The notes under the pieces were generated by a model. That model did not search any database. It was given only the letters and a program-made list of their open reading frames with translations, and was not told the DNA's origin. A stretch of DNA of 64,000 nt from contig JBBRNJ010000019.1 of assembly GCA_038230375.1 (NCBI GenBank), positions 50,845-114,844 on the forward strand, written 5' to 3'. The position numbers and the translations under genes are program-made. Every line of letters starts with the position of its first letter. The first letter of the stretch is position 1. This DNA comes from Polyangiales bacterium (GTDB taxonomy: Bacteria; Myxococcota_A; Polyangia; Polyangiales; Polyangiaceae). Shown here piece after piece: positions 46,532-56,472 of the stretch.

Positions 46532-48850
46532 ATGGTGCGCCGAGCCCTGACGCTGTCGTCGTTTCTGCTGCTCACCTGCGCGCATGCGGCGCCGACATCG
46601 AACACGGTGCCTGTAGCCAAGACTGTTGCTCCCGCGCCGGCAGCGTCCACGCTTGTTGCGTTGCCCGCGCGACCGATGGTCGAGCACGTTGCATATCCCG
46701 AGTCCCCGTCTCAGCAGGCTTCGTGGACCTCGTTGCTGGTCACCACGAACGCGCCGCTCGTGGTCGCGACGAGCAAGGTCTTCGAGCAGGGCATGGCGGA
46801 TCCGCGGAAGCTTCGGTATCGCGAGATCGAGATCGCGACAGGTGACGTGTGGAGCGGGGGCGGCGCGGCTACGAAGACGCATGGCTGGGTGCTTGCCGGA
46901 GAGGAGTACGCCGTCGCATGGAACGGGCTCGTGTACCGCGTCAAGTCCTCTGGGGCGCCCGCTGACGTTCGCGCGGACATGACCGCGCTCTTCGCAGCGG
47001 ACGACGCGCTGACGAAGCAGCAGATACAGGAGAACCCCGGGTGGACGCCGCATCGCTTCCCCGCCACGGATGAGGCGTTCTTCACGTCGACACTCAGCGT
47101 CACACCTTTGAAGGTGGCGCTGCTGCTGCGGCTGGGCGAGGACAAGCTTGCCGTTCGCATGTTGAACGCGCTGGGCGAGTCGGGGCACGGCGATCCCTAT
47201 CACCTCATCGTGCAGGACTGGCTCTGGTCCCTGTACGAGCGCGGCATCACAGCGCACATGCGTGGTGATGACGATCTCGCGATCGAGAGCTTTCGTACCT
47301 TGCCGGCGCTCTCTCCTCGCGTGGACGCGGAGTGCGACGCGCGGAAGGTCGACCGCGAGCAGCGAAACGATCCAGGTCACGCGCCGGTGCCTTGCGCGTC
47401 GTTCCTGGACGGCGTGGGCGATCTACTGGCCGAGGCGCAGCGCAGGGCTTCTGCCCCCGTAGCGAAGCTGGACGACACGGCGATCGCGGCGCTCTCGTCT
47501 CTGCCGCAAGCGAAGCGCATCCAGGTGCTGATTGACGGGCTCGATCAGGTCGCAGAGCGCCAGTGGGGGCAGCCTGGCGGCGTTCCGCTCGGACAAGATC
47601 GGATCGTGCAGGCGCTCATCCACGAAGGTGAGGCTGCGGTGGAGCCGCTGATCGCAACATTCGAGAGCGACACGCGCCTCACGCGCTCCGTGCAGTTCTG
47701 GCGTGACTTCGCGCGCTCTCGCAGCGTGCTCGCCGTCTACGAGGCGGCGTACGTTGCGCTTTCGGGCATCCTGGATGCCTCTTTCTTCCAGGCGGTCTCC
47801 ACGGGCGATCACCTGACGGCGCGTGGCATCGAAGGAAGGCGTGTGGTGGCTGCCAAGATCCGCGAGCACTGGGCAAAGTGGAAAGGCGTCCCGCTCGACG
47901 AGCGCTTCTATCGCACGCTCCTGGACGACACCGCGACGCCGAGCCAGTGGCTTGTGGCGGCGACGGAGATCACGCAACCGTCCAACGTGCAGGTCATCCC
48001 ATCGAGCAACGTCTTCCAGACAATGACGTCCACGCAGCTGGCGGCGGGGCAAAAGCCATCGCTGAAGGGCGAGGGGCTGCGCACGCATGCTGCGCCATCC
48101 GTGTCCTCGCTGCTCGAGAGGCGGCTGTCCGCCATGCCCGACACACGCCACGCGTGCACGTTCGCGCAGGCCTTCTCCGCGTGGGATGCGCACGTTGCGC
48201 TGCCGCACGTGGCAACGCTGGCGCGCACGACGGTCGCGAAGTTCGCGACGTCCACGGACAAGGGTTTCGTCGGTGGTTGCATCGGCGCCCTCACACTCGT
48301 GCGCGCGGATGGCGGCGACAGTGGGGCGCTCGCCGACTACGGCAACTGGATCGTCGGTACGAAGCCGGAGGACGGCGAGTACAACCTGGAGCAGTGGTTC
48401 GCGCCGATGGTCGCGCACCCGAGTGAGCCGGAGATCGCCGCGTCCGCGAGCACGCTCTTCGGTGCGTCGTCGCCGTGGGTCCCGTTCGCGTCCGCCAAGG
48501 CGAGCTTCACGCGTGAGCGCATCCTGGTGATCGATCTGTGGAAGGTCGACGCATTCAGGGCGCACGTGATCGCCGAGCTAGCGGACAAGAAGAAGATCGG
48601 CACCGTCAGGGTCAAGTCGGAGAGCAGCATCGAAGTGAAGACGGATGGCTTCACCTCGGGCCAGGGCGCATATCCACCCGACCCGCGCCTCCGCGCCGGG
48701 CAGACCTTCGACCTGCGCGTGTGCGATCAGTACGCGGCCGCCATCGCGACGCAGTCGGGCTACACGGGGCCCGCGTTCCGTGTGTTCTGGCCACAGGCAG
48801 ACCGAGACCGCGCACTGGGCGACATGATCGCGTGGATCGCGAAGCGCTAG
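46532..48850 (+). CDS. Large exported helical hypothetical protein
   Basis: Signal peptide (possible lipobox LLTC); HEAT-like segment GEAAVEPLI. Confidence 0.8.
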   Translation: MVRRALTLSSFLLLTCAHAAPTSNTVPVAKTVAPAPAASTLVALPARPMVEHVAYPESPSQQASWTSLLVTTNAPLVVATSKVFEQGMADPRKLRYREIEIATGDVWSGGGAATKTHGWVLAGEEYAVAWNGLVYRVKSSGAPADVRADMTALFAADDALTKQQIQENPGWTPHRFPATDEAFFTSTLSVTPLKVALLLRLGEDKLAVRMLNALGESGHGDPYHLIVQDWLWSLYERGITAHMRGDDDLAIESFRTLPALSPRVDAECDARKVDREQRNDPGHAPVPCASFLDGVGDLLAEAQRRASAPVAKLDDTAIAALSSLPQAKRIQVLIDGLDQVAERQWGQPGGVPLGQDRIVQALIHEGEAAVEPLIATFESDTRLTRSVQFWRDFARSRSVLAVYEAAYVALSGILDASFFQAVSTGDHLTARGIEGRRVVAAKIREHWAKWKGVPLDERFYRTLLDDTATPSQWLVAATEITQPSNVQVIPSSNVFQTMTSTQLAAGQKPSLKGEGLRTHAAPSVSSLLERRLSAMPDTRHACTFAQAFSAWDAHVALPHVATLARTTVAKFATSTDKGFVGGCIGALTLVRADGGDSGALADYGNWIVGTKPEDGEYNLEQWFAPMVAHPSEPEIAASASTLFGASSPWVPFASAKASFTRERILVIDLWKVDAFRAHVIAELADKKKIGTVRVKSESSIEVKTDGFTSGQGAYPPDPRLRAGQTFDLRVCDQYAAAIATQSGYTGPAFRVFWPQADRDRALGDMIAWIAKR

Positions 48851-49152
48851 AAGGCCAGGTTGCACTCCAGCCCGTAGGGCGACGAGTTGCATGCATCATA
48901 CACATTCCTGCAGCCCAGACGCGCGCTCGTCCGATTGGCGTCCGCCGCCATCACGCGGGTCATCGCTCGCGGGTCGATGATGTCGCCGGGTAGGTGAGTG
49001 ACGTTCTCGCGCTCCATCACGGCCGCGTAGGCCTTCTCCGCGCGGTCCAGGCACGCGTCCCGGTTCGCTTCGATCTTCTCCGGGGAGTTGCACCCGGACG
49101 CCAGCATGGTGACCACGGAGACAGCGACTGCAACACGCAGCAACGACTGCAT
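48847..49152 (-). CDS. Small lipoprotein
   Basis: Lipobox LASGC; TATCCT box 6 nt upstream. Confidence 0.75.
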   Translation of the reverse strand: MQSLLRVAVAVSVVTMLASGCNSPEKIEANRDACLDRAEKAYAAVMERENVTHLPGDIIDPRAMTRVMAADANRTSARLGCRNVYDACNSSPYGLECNLAF

Positions 49153-49184
49153 GGCCCGAGGATAGCGGGTGCGTCTGTCCGCGC

Positions 49185-50473
49185 CTACTGGCGGCAGCCC
49201 GGCTGCGAGGGATCGTCGCAGCAGGTCTGGAGCGCCGCGAATGCGCGCGTGTAGAAGGCGCGGTAGTCGGTGTCGCTCGCGAAGGTCGTGGCCGCGGTCG
49301 GCGGCATCCACGCGTTGTGCGGAAACGCATTGCCGGAGGTGCTGAGCTTCGAGCCGAGCACCGTGCTGGCAAAGCTCGACGGCCTCTCCGACATCCAGTA
49401 CCGCGCGAAATGATTGCAAGAGCCCTGGCCGCCGCTCGCCGCCGCATACTTGCCGATCGAGTGACACTGCGTGCACGCGTCACTCGGCGCGATCTTTCCG
49501 GAATGAATCGCGGCCGCCTGCGATGCGCTCGGCGGCGAGGCCTGGTCGAATGCGGCCGCGTCGATCTTGATCTGCGCTGGGCGATGCTCGGAGAGGTTCC
49601 ACGTCCTGTACGCCCTGCCAATGAACGTGGGCTGGCCCTGCGGGCGCGGGATCTCGTGGACCTTGCCGGTCGCGGATGGCAGCTGGTTCGCAACGCCGAT
49701 CCAGGGCGTGCTCAGCCACACCTGGCTGTCGTGGCAGCGCACGCACTCCGAGTGATCCGTGGTGAGCGTGACCGGCGACGTGTAGACCGCGTCCGCCTTC
49801 TGATCCTCGGCGTCGCCCTTCTCGCGGCCGACCTTGTATGGCGCGGGAATGCTGCGACCCGTGAAGCTCGCGCTCTTCCTGATCTGGTACCAGCACGACT
49901 CGCCGTTCGTGAGGTCCGACTGGAGGACGGCGATGTTGTCGAACTTGCCGCTGTCGAGCGAAGAGAACGCAGAGCGCCGACACGCGATCACCGTTGCGAT
50001 CGTATGGCCGTAGACATTGGTGGTCTCCGTCTTCGTGATGCGCGCGCCGGGAACGCACGCGAACGTCGTCCCCGCGAGGCTTGGCTTGTCGCACTTCGAC
50101 GGCACCGCGTCGGTCACCTTGCGCCGTTGACCTCGATCTTGATGCGGCTCGAATCGGGGCCGTCGCAGTCGAAGCTCGGGACCTCGACCTGGAAGCGATC
50201 GTGACACTCCTTCGCGTGATCGAAGATCGCGTAGTCCGACGGCAACGGCGAGTCGTCCACGGTGTACGGCGGAAGCGGAGGGTAGCTCGTGCCGGAATCG
50301 GAGGCGCCGGTCGGCCCACCGTTCGTCCCACCCGTGGAGGTCGACGTGCTGCTCGAGGGCGCGGGCTCGTCGCCGCCGGAGCACGCGCCGAGCGTTGCGG
50401 CGCCACCCAACGCGATGATCGAAAGCGGCGCAAAGCACCACGAACGGGTCAGTGATGGAGCAGCGCGTCGCAT
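49185..50473 (-). pseudogene. Diheme c-type cytochrome lipoprotein split by a frameshift near 50120
   Basis: N-terminal part 50114..50473 has lipobox LGAC; C-terminal part in another frame has CVRCH and CTQCH. Confidence 0.8.
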
Positions 50474-50489
50474 CGGCCCATGCCCTGCT

Positions 50490-50504
50490 GCAACGTCCGC
50501 GCCG
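50490..50504 (-). promoter_or_regulatory. Sigma-54 promoter
   Basis: CGGCGCGGACGTTGC upstream of ATG 50473. Confidence 0.55.
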
Positions 50505-50748
50505 GTACCCGCAGCGGCGGCACCTCACGCAAACGCGGAAAAATCCAGGGAAACGCGCGCAAGGATGGACAGCCGACGATCCGGCGACATGGTGCGCGCG
50601 CGCGGCCACTGCGCTCTGGTGTCTCAGGACGCCGACTATCTGAACGTGCACGGGGTAGGTGTTGCAACTCGACGACACGGGGGCAGCCACGGCCCTCCCC
50701 GCCATGAACCATCATCCACACAGCGGCCACTTTTCGCCGAAATCACGA

Positions 50749-50763
50749 CGGCATGCAGCTTGC
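50749..50763 (+). promoter_or_regulatory. Sigma-54 promoter
   Basis: CGGCATGCAGCTTGC, 14 nt before ATG 50778. Confidence 0.65.
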
Positions 50764-50777
50764 GAAGTTCGGCCTCG

Positions 50778-51275
50778 ATGCGTACGTGGCTCATGCTTCT
50801 TCCTCTCGCCATCTCGATCTCCTCATCCGCGGTCGCAGGCGCGTCCGACCATTGCGACGACAGCTGTCAGGACATCGGCCTGGGAAGTTGCGGCGCCGCC
50901 AAGGAGCACCAGGATTGCATCGACGGGTGTCGCGCGAACGAAGCGAGCCAGCGCGCGCCGTCGTCGTCGGGCTCGTCTTCGACCCCAGCCGACTCCGGGC
51001 CGCCTCGCGAGTGCGCGGATGCAGACACGCGCTCTGCTTGCTGCGCCACGCGCCACCCCGTCGGTTCGGAGCAGGTCAGCGACGACATCAAGGCGTGCGT
51101 CTGCGCGTCCGACGCATGCGCAGGTCCCTGCGCCGACTCATGTGCCGACTCGGGGACGCCTGCGTCCGCCGTGTGCAACGCTTGCCTCTCCACCGTCGAG
51201 CGTGCCTGCAGCTCGCAGGCAGTCGACCGCTGCAAGAAGTCCTCCGAGTGCCTCGCGTATCTGGACTGCCTCTAG
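50778..51275 (+). CDS. Small secreted Cys-rich protein
   Basis: Signal peptide; 19 Cys in 165 aa. Confidence 0.8.
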   Translation: MRTWLMLLPLAISISSSAVAGASDHCDDSCQDIGLGSCGAAKEHQDCIDGCRANEASQRAPSSSGSSSTPADSGPPRECADADTRSACCATRHPVGSEQVSDDIKACVCASDACAGPCADSCADSGTPASAVCNACLSTVERACSSQAVDRCKKSSECLAYLDCL

Positions 51276-51292
51276 ACAGCCTGGCCGGACGG

Positions 51293-52456
51293 TCACTCGA
51301 ACGCGGAGATGCCCGTCGCGTCCTGTCCAAGGATGAGCGTGTGCACGTCGTGCGTGCCCTCGTACGTGTAGACGGTCTCCAGGTTCATGAGGTGCCGCAT
51401 GATGGGGTACTCGAGCGTGATGCCGTTGCCGCCAAGGATGTCGCGACACACACGTGCGATGCCGAGCGCGTCGCGCACGTTGTTTCGCTTGATCATGCTC
51501 ACGTGCTGCGGACGCAGCTGCTTCTCGTTCTTCAGGCGCGTGACCTCGGTGGCCATCAGCTGCATGGTGGTGATCTGCGTGAGCATCTCGGCGAACTTCG
51601 CCTGCACCAGCTGGTGGCTGGCGATGGGCTTGCCACCGAACTGCACGCGGTGCTTCGCGTAGTCGAGCGCCGAGTCGTAGCAAGCCGTGGCCGCGCCGAT
51701 GACGCCCCACGCAATGCCGAAGCGCGCCGACGTGAGACACGACAGCGGACCCTTCATGCCGCGCACGCCCGGAAGGAGCGCGTCCTTCTTGACGCGCACG
51801 TCCTCCATGATGAGCTCGCTCGTCACGCTCGCTCGGAGGCTCATCTTCTTGTGAATCGGCCGCGCTTCGAAGCCCTTCGTATCGGTGGGCACGAGGAAGC
51901 CGCGTACCTCGCCGTCCTTGTTGTTCAGCTTCGCCCAGACGAGCGCCACGTGCGCCAGGTTGCCGTTGGTGATCCAGCGCTTCGTGCCGTTCAGCACGTA
52001 GCCGTCGCCGTCTTCCTTCGCGACCGTGAGCATGCCGTTGGGGTTCGAGCCTGCGTCCGGCTCCGTGAGGCCGAAGCAGCCGATCAGCTTTCCCTTCGCC
52101 ATCTCCGGCAGGTACTTGTTCTTCTGGTCCTCCGACCCGAAGGCGTGGATGGGGTACATGACCAGGCTGCCCTGCACGCTCGCGAAGCTGCGAATGCCAG
52201 AGTCACCGCGCTCCAGCTCCTGCATGGCCACGCCGTAGCCCGCCTCGGACAGGTCTGCGCAACCATATCCTTGTAGATTACATCCAAGCAGCCCAAGGCT
52301 CGCGATCTCAGCGACCAGCTCCGTGGGGAAGGTGCCCTTCTCGAAGTGGTCGGCGATCACGGGCAGCACGCGCGCATCCACGAAGCTACGCACGGTGCTC
52401 TGGATCTGTCGTTCTTCTTCGGTGAGGTGGCGCGAGAGGCTGAAAAAGTCGGGCAT
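51293..52456 (-). CDS. gcdH: Acyl-CoA dehydrogenase, glutaryl-CoA dehydrogenase-like
   Basis: ELERGDSGIRS, CFGLTEPDAGS and TYEGTHDVH motifs. Confidence 0.88.
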   Translation of the reverse strand: MPDFFSLSRHLTEEERQIQSTVRSFVDARVLPVIADHFEKGTFPTELVAEIASLGLLGCNLQGYGCADLSEAGYGVAMQELERGDSGIRSFASVQGSLVMYPIHAFGSEDQKNKYLPEMAKGKLIGCFGLTEPDAGSNPNGMLTVAKEDGDGYVLNGTKRWITNGNLAHVALVWAKLNNKDGEVRGFLVPTDTKGFEARPIHKKMSLRASVTSELIMEDVRVKKDALLPGVRGMKGPLSCLTSARFGIAWGVIGAATACYDSALDYAKHRVQFGGKPIASHQLVQAKFAEMLTQITTMQLMATEVTRLKNEKQLRPQHVSMIKRNNVRDALGIARVCRDILGGNGITLEYPIMRHLMNLETVYTYEGTHDVHTLILGQDATGISAFE

Positions 52457-52469
52457 GACGCCGCGGACT

Positions 52470-53525
52470 TTACTTCTTCAGGAACATGTCCGCGAGCACC
52501 TTCTTCGTGTCGTCCTCGCGCACGGTGCTCTTCAACGGGTTCGTCGTGGGAATGGGCGGACAGCTGGTGCGGTCTGCCGAGATGGTCTTCTGGCCAACGC
52601 TCGCGCCGGTACGCCGGTTCACCACCCTGACGTCCAGATCGATGTAGAGGATGGTGCCATTGGGGCAGGGGAACTTGCGCTCGGTCTGCGTGCCGATGCC
52701 CACGAGGTCGACGTCGGCGAACGTCTTCGCGTTGCCCACGAATACGAGCGGTGCGAACGGTGCGCCAAGAACGACCATCGCTGCGGGCGGTCTGGTCGCT
52801 GCGGGCTCTCCCGCGAACGTGACGGGGCCGCTCGCCGCCTTTGCGAGCTCGCGCGATGCGATCTCGAAGAGGCCGTTTCCGCGGAGCACCAGGTTCTCGG
52901 TGAGCTTCGCGCCGTCGCCCTCGAGCGTGACCGGGATCACGACGTCCTCGGTCATGGGGACCGGAGTTTGCGCAAGCTTGGCCACCAGGTCCACGTCCAC
53001 CGGGGTCTTCGCGCCTGCGACGAGGTCGATGGACTTCCCCTCGATCGTGAGCTTTGTCTTCACGTCGCTCATGACGGAGAGCGCCAGCTTGCCGGACTTC
53101 GCGTACGGCACCGACGTGGCCCCGCACATCACGCCGGGACACGTGAAGGTGCCCTCGTTCGGCGCGCCGTCCGCGCCTTGCACGTGCAGCACGCTGTTCG
53201 GTCCGAGGTCCACGGTCGCCTGCGTAGTGCCGATGCTCTTGCCGCCCAGGTTCGCGCGTACCGCCCCCACCGCGATCATGTTCTTGCCGAGCGTCAGCTT
53301 GCTCTTCGGGACCAGGAACGTGTGGTTGGGGCTCTCGCCGGTGTTCGCGGTCAGGTCGCCGATGTTGAGGTCCACGCCAGGCGACGTCTTGACCACCACC
53401 TCGACCTTGTCCGTGTTGCCGGGCGTGGTCGCCACGTGCGCCTCGGCGGTGAGAGGCAGCGGTCCGCCGTCACAAGCAGTGAGGACCGAGAAAATGAAGA
53501 CGAACGAGAAGGTGTGGTTGCGCAC
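52470..53525 (-). CDS. Hypothetical lipoprotein
   Basis: Lipobox LTAC; TATGAT box 6 nt before the GTG. Confidence 0.8.
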   Translation of the reverse strand: MRNHTFSFVFIFSVLTACDGGPLPLTAEAHVATTPGNTDKVEVVVKTSPGVDLNIGDLTANTGESPNHTFLVPKSKLTLGKNMIAVGAVRANLGGKSIGTTQATVDLGPNSVLHVQGADGAPNEGTFTCPGVMCGATSVPYAKSGKLALSVMSDVKTKLTIEGKSIDLVAGAKTPVDVDLVAKLAQTPVPMTEDVVIPVTLEGDGAKLTENLVLRGNGLFEIASRELAKAASGPVTFAGEPAATRPPAAMVVLGAPFAPLVFVGNAKTFADVDLVGIGTQTERKFPCPNGTILYIDLDVRVVNRRTGASVGQKTISADRTSCPPIPTTNPLKSTVREDDTKKVLADMFLKK

Positions 53526-53627
53526 GCGCGCATCATAGGCGAATCGCGGTAGAGTGCGAAGGTGGAGGCACTGCGCGCTGCGCGACGCGTGCGTGGAAGG
53601 GGTTCGGCGGAGCCTACGAGTAGCCGA

Positions 53628-54482
53628 TCACTTCCCGAACACGCCGGTGCCACGGATGACGACGTTGTCCACGTTCACCCGGTACTCGTTCATGGGCCCC
53701 TGCGCGAGCCCTGGACCCACGAGGAGGCGTGGGTAGGCGTCCACATGGTAGAAGCTCACGGCGAGGTTGCCGCTCCCCGCAGGCACACCGTCGATGAACG
53801 AGGTGACGGTGGCGGCGCTGGGGGAGAACTTGAAGTCCAGCTCGACGTTCTTCCACACCCCCACCGGGAAGGGCTGGATCAGCTGCGATTCGCTCATGTC
53901 GTCCAGGCGGAGGTACGCGCCCAGCTTCGTTCGCCGGATCTCCATGAACGGGTCGTAGCCGTCGAACGCCATGCCCAGGACGCCCACGTGGCCCACCCCG
54001 TCGGGGAAGTTCTCCGTCTCGATGCGCACGTCGACGCTCACGGTGATGTTCGCGAGACCCGTCGGGAGCTCCCTGATCAGGAACGAGTCCGCGTTCGTAT
54101 TGGCCAGCAGCTGTGGCACGGTCATTCGCACCGACCGCGGAGACGAGCTCCATTGCGTGAAGTCTGCACCGAGCGTAGCGCCGCCGCCGACGGCCGGGTC
54201 GGGGTGACCGAAGAAGTTGTCCCAGCCCTTCAGGAACGGATCTTTGTCGAAGTCGTCGCAGACGTTCGCCTGCGGCGACAGCTTCGTGCAGAACACGGAG
54301 ACAAGCTGGACGTCGGGCGGTCCCGCGTCGGTGATGCCACCACCCTCGTCGCTTGCGTCGCCGTCGTTGCCACCGTCGGAGGGGCCGTTGCTCCCGTCGC
54401 TGATCCCCAGAACGGCGCGACAGCCCACGGCGAGCGTCGCGATCACAAACCCCACGCCGAGTGCCGCCGACCTGCTCATCAT
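53628..54482 (-). CDS. Lipoprotein with beta-sandwich (ConA/LamG-like) domain
   Basis: AVGC lipobox; CDDFD, GVWKNVEL and VDNV motifs; ATGA-coupled to the kinase. Confidence 0.75.
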   Translation of the reverse strand: MMSRSAALGVGFVIATLAVGCRAVLGISDGSNGPSDGGNDGDASDEGGGITDAGPPDVQLVSVFCTKLSPQANVCDDFDKDPFLKGWDNFFGHPDPAVGGGATLGADFTQWSSSPRSVRMTVPQLLANTNADSFLIRELPTGLANITVSVDVRIETENFPDGVGHVGVLGMAFDGYDPFMEIRRTKLGAYLRLDDMSESQLIQPFPVGVWKNVELDFKFSPSAATVTSFIDGVPAGSGNLAVSFYHVDAYPRLLVGPGLAQGPMNEYRVNVDNVVIRGTGVFGK

Positions 54483-56377
54483 CTCTGGATCTGGATGGTG
54501 GGCACGGCCTGCGTGAAGTCGGCGCGCAGGGTGACGTGCTCGCCCGGCTTCAGCGTGAGGCGCTCACCGCGCGACTCGCCGGTCTGGTCGAACAGGAAGC
54601 GAATGTCGTGTGTGCCCGTCGTCGTGTTGAGGCGCGCGGGGCACGGGCGCGCGGGCTGTCCGTCGACCGATACGCGCGTGCCTGGCGTGCCGAAGAGCAC
54701 CAGGCTCGCGCCGCCCGACGGTGCGAGAGCGCTGCTCGTGCCGCCCGCATTCGCGCTGTTCGCGCCGTTCGCAGAACCAGGTGGACGAACGACCGACGGC
54801 GCGCTGCTCGGCCCTTCTGCGGCGGTGGCGGAGCTGGGCGGCGTTGCCGACGGGCCCGCGCTGACGGGCGCGGTGGGAGCACTGACCGACGGCTGGGTGC
54901 TCAGCACTGTGGCCACTGCAGCGTCGTGCGCGTCCTGCACGCCGCTCGGCCCGCTCGCGGGACGCACGAAGAAGAACCACAGGGCTGCGGCCGCGACGCC
55001 AACGCCGAGCGCGCCCTGCAGCATTCCCTTGCGACCCGCCGCTGCGCGCGCCTTCGGAAGCATCGAGTTGAACGGACGCGCGGGCGTCTCGATCGGCCGC
55101 GTTGCGATGGTCTCGATGGGCACGTTCCGCATGCTCTCGAGCCTCGCCGGCATCTCCGGCTTGGTCGCCAATCCGGTGTCGCGGGTGGAGCGCTTCGCCT
55201 TCGCCTTCGCCTTCGGAGCTGTGTCGTCCTCCTTCGCGTCAGTGTCCGGGAGCTCGCGCGTGATCGGGAACGGCGGCGTGGAGTTCGGGATCCGTCGCGT
55301 GGACGGCGCCATGGGCTCGCTCTGTGCGTCGGCCTTTGCCTGCGCCACTTCGCCTTGCGGTCCCGACTGCGGGCGCTCGGACCACTTGTCGACCTCTTCG
55401 CGCGCCGCGAACGTCTGCGTGAAGATCTCCGCCTGGCTAGCAGCGCGCGCGGACTTGGGCTTGCCCGTCTCCTCCTGCGCTTGGGCCGCCATATTTTTAC
55501 GTGCATGATACACGCGTGCCCCGAGCGTCCGTGCGACATCCGCCAGATCGATCCCCGTGAGGAAGTGGCGAAGCGACCGCCCGAGCTCGTCAGCGTCTTG
55601 CTGGCGCGCGCGCGCCTGCAGGCTCATGGCGCGCATCAGCGTGTCGTCCAGCGGGATGAGCCGCGGATCGGTGTCGCTGGGCTTCGGATGCGGCGCGAGC
55701 ATCGCCTCGTCGCACTCCTCCATGGTCTTGCGACGGAACGGCGCATGTCCGCTCCACGCCTCCATCAGAAGCACTGCCACCGCGAAGATGTCCGTAGCGG
55801 GACCGAGCTCTTGCCCGCGCACTTGCTCCGGCGGCATGTGCCCGGGCGAGCCGAAGATCTCCTGTCCCGCCATACGCGCGGGCGCGGCGATGCCGAAGTC
55901 GATGAGCTTCACCTGGCCCTCTTCGTCGATCATCACGTTGCGCGGTGTGATGTCGCGGTGGACCACCTTCATCCGCCGATGCGCATACGAGAGCGCACGA
56001 CAGACCTCGACGCCGATGTAAGCCCCCTCTTCCGGGAACAGCTTGTTGCGCTCGCCGCCCAGTGCCTCGTGGCGGAGGAGCTGATCAAGGCTGAGCCCCT
56101 CCACGAGCTCCATCGCCAGGAAGTACGTTCCCTGCTCCACGCCGAGCTCGTACACGGGAACGATGTTCGGGTGGCTGAGCGCAACGGTCGTCTTCGCCTC
56201 TTCCACGAAGCGCCGCACGAACTCACCGTCGACAAGGAGCTCGTCGCGGATCTGCTTCACGACCAGCTTCTTCTCGAAGCCTCCTGCACCACGCAACGTT
56301 GCCAGGAGAATGCGCGCCATTCCCCCACGCCCAAGCTCGCGCTCGAGGATGTATTTCCCGAACACCTGGGGGTACAT
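54479..56377 (-). CDS. Membrane Ser/Thr kinase with C-terminal PEGA-like domain
   Basis: GRGGMA, VVK, HRDITPRN, DFG and GSPGHMPPEQ motifs; TRVSVDG..GTHDI. Confidence 0.93.
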   Translation of the reverse strand: MYPQVFGKYILERELGRGGMARILLATLRGAGGFEKKLVVKQIRDELLVDGEFVRRFVEEAKTTVALSHPNIVPVYELGVEQGTYFLAMELVEGLSLDQLLRHEALGGERNKLFPEEGAYIGVEVCRALSYAHRRMKVVHRDITPRNVMIDEEGQVKLIDFGIAAPARMAGQEIFGSPGHMPPEQVRGQELGPATDIFAVAVLLMEAWSGHAPFRRKTMEECDEAMLAPHPKPSDTDPRLIPLDDTLMRAMSLQARARQQDADELGRSLRHFLTGIDLADVARTLGARVYHARKNMAAQAQEETGKPKSARAASQAEIFTQTFAAREEVDKWSERPQSGPQGEVAQAKADAQSEPMAPSTRRIPNSTPPFPITRELPDTDAKEDDTAPKAKAKAKRSTRDTGLATKPEMPARLESMRNVPIETIATRPIETPARPFNSMLPKARAAAGRKGMLQGALGVGVAAAALWFFFVRPASGPSGVQDAHDAAVATVLSTQPSVSAPTAPVSAGPSATPPSSATAAEGPSSAPSVVRPPGSANGANSANAGGTSSALAPSGGASLVLFGTPGTRVSVDGQPARPCPARLNTTTGTHDIRFLFDQTGESRGERLTLKPGEHVTLRADFTQAVPTIQIQR

Positions 56378-56472
56378 GCCTTCTTCATTCTACCTGTGCG
56401 CTGGCCATCATCGCGACCTTTGTCGCGGTGGTGCGTTGAGACCGCGGGTTTTCTGAGGTAATTTCACAGCTG

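Noticed and set aside
50110..50130. Programmed ribosomal frameshift in the cytochrome gene
   Set aside because: No X XXY YYZ slippery heptamer or homopolymer run at the junction
36776..51275. Mobile genomic island or prophage
   Set aside because: No integrase, transposase, att repeats or evident compositional shift
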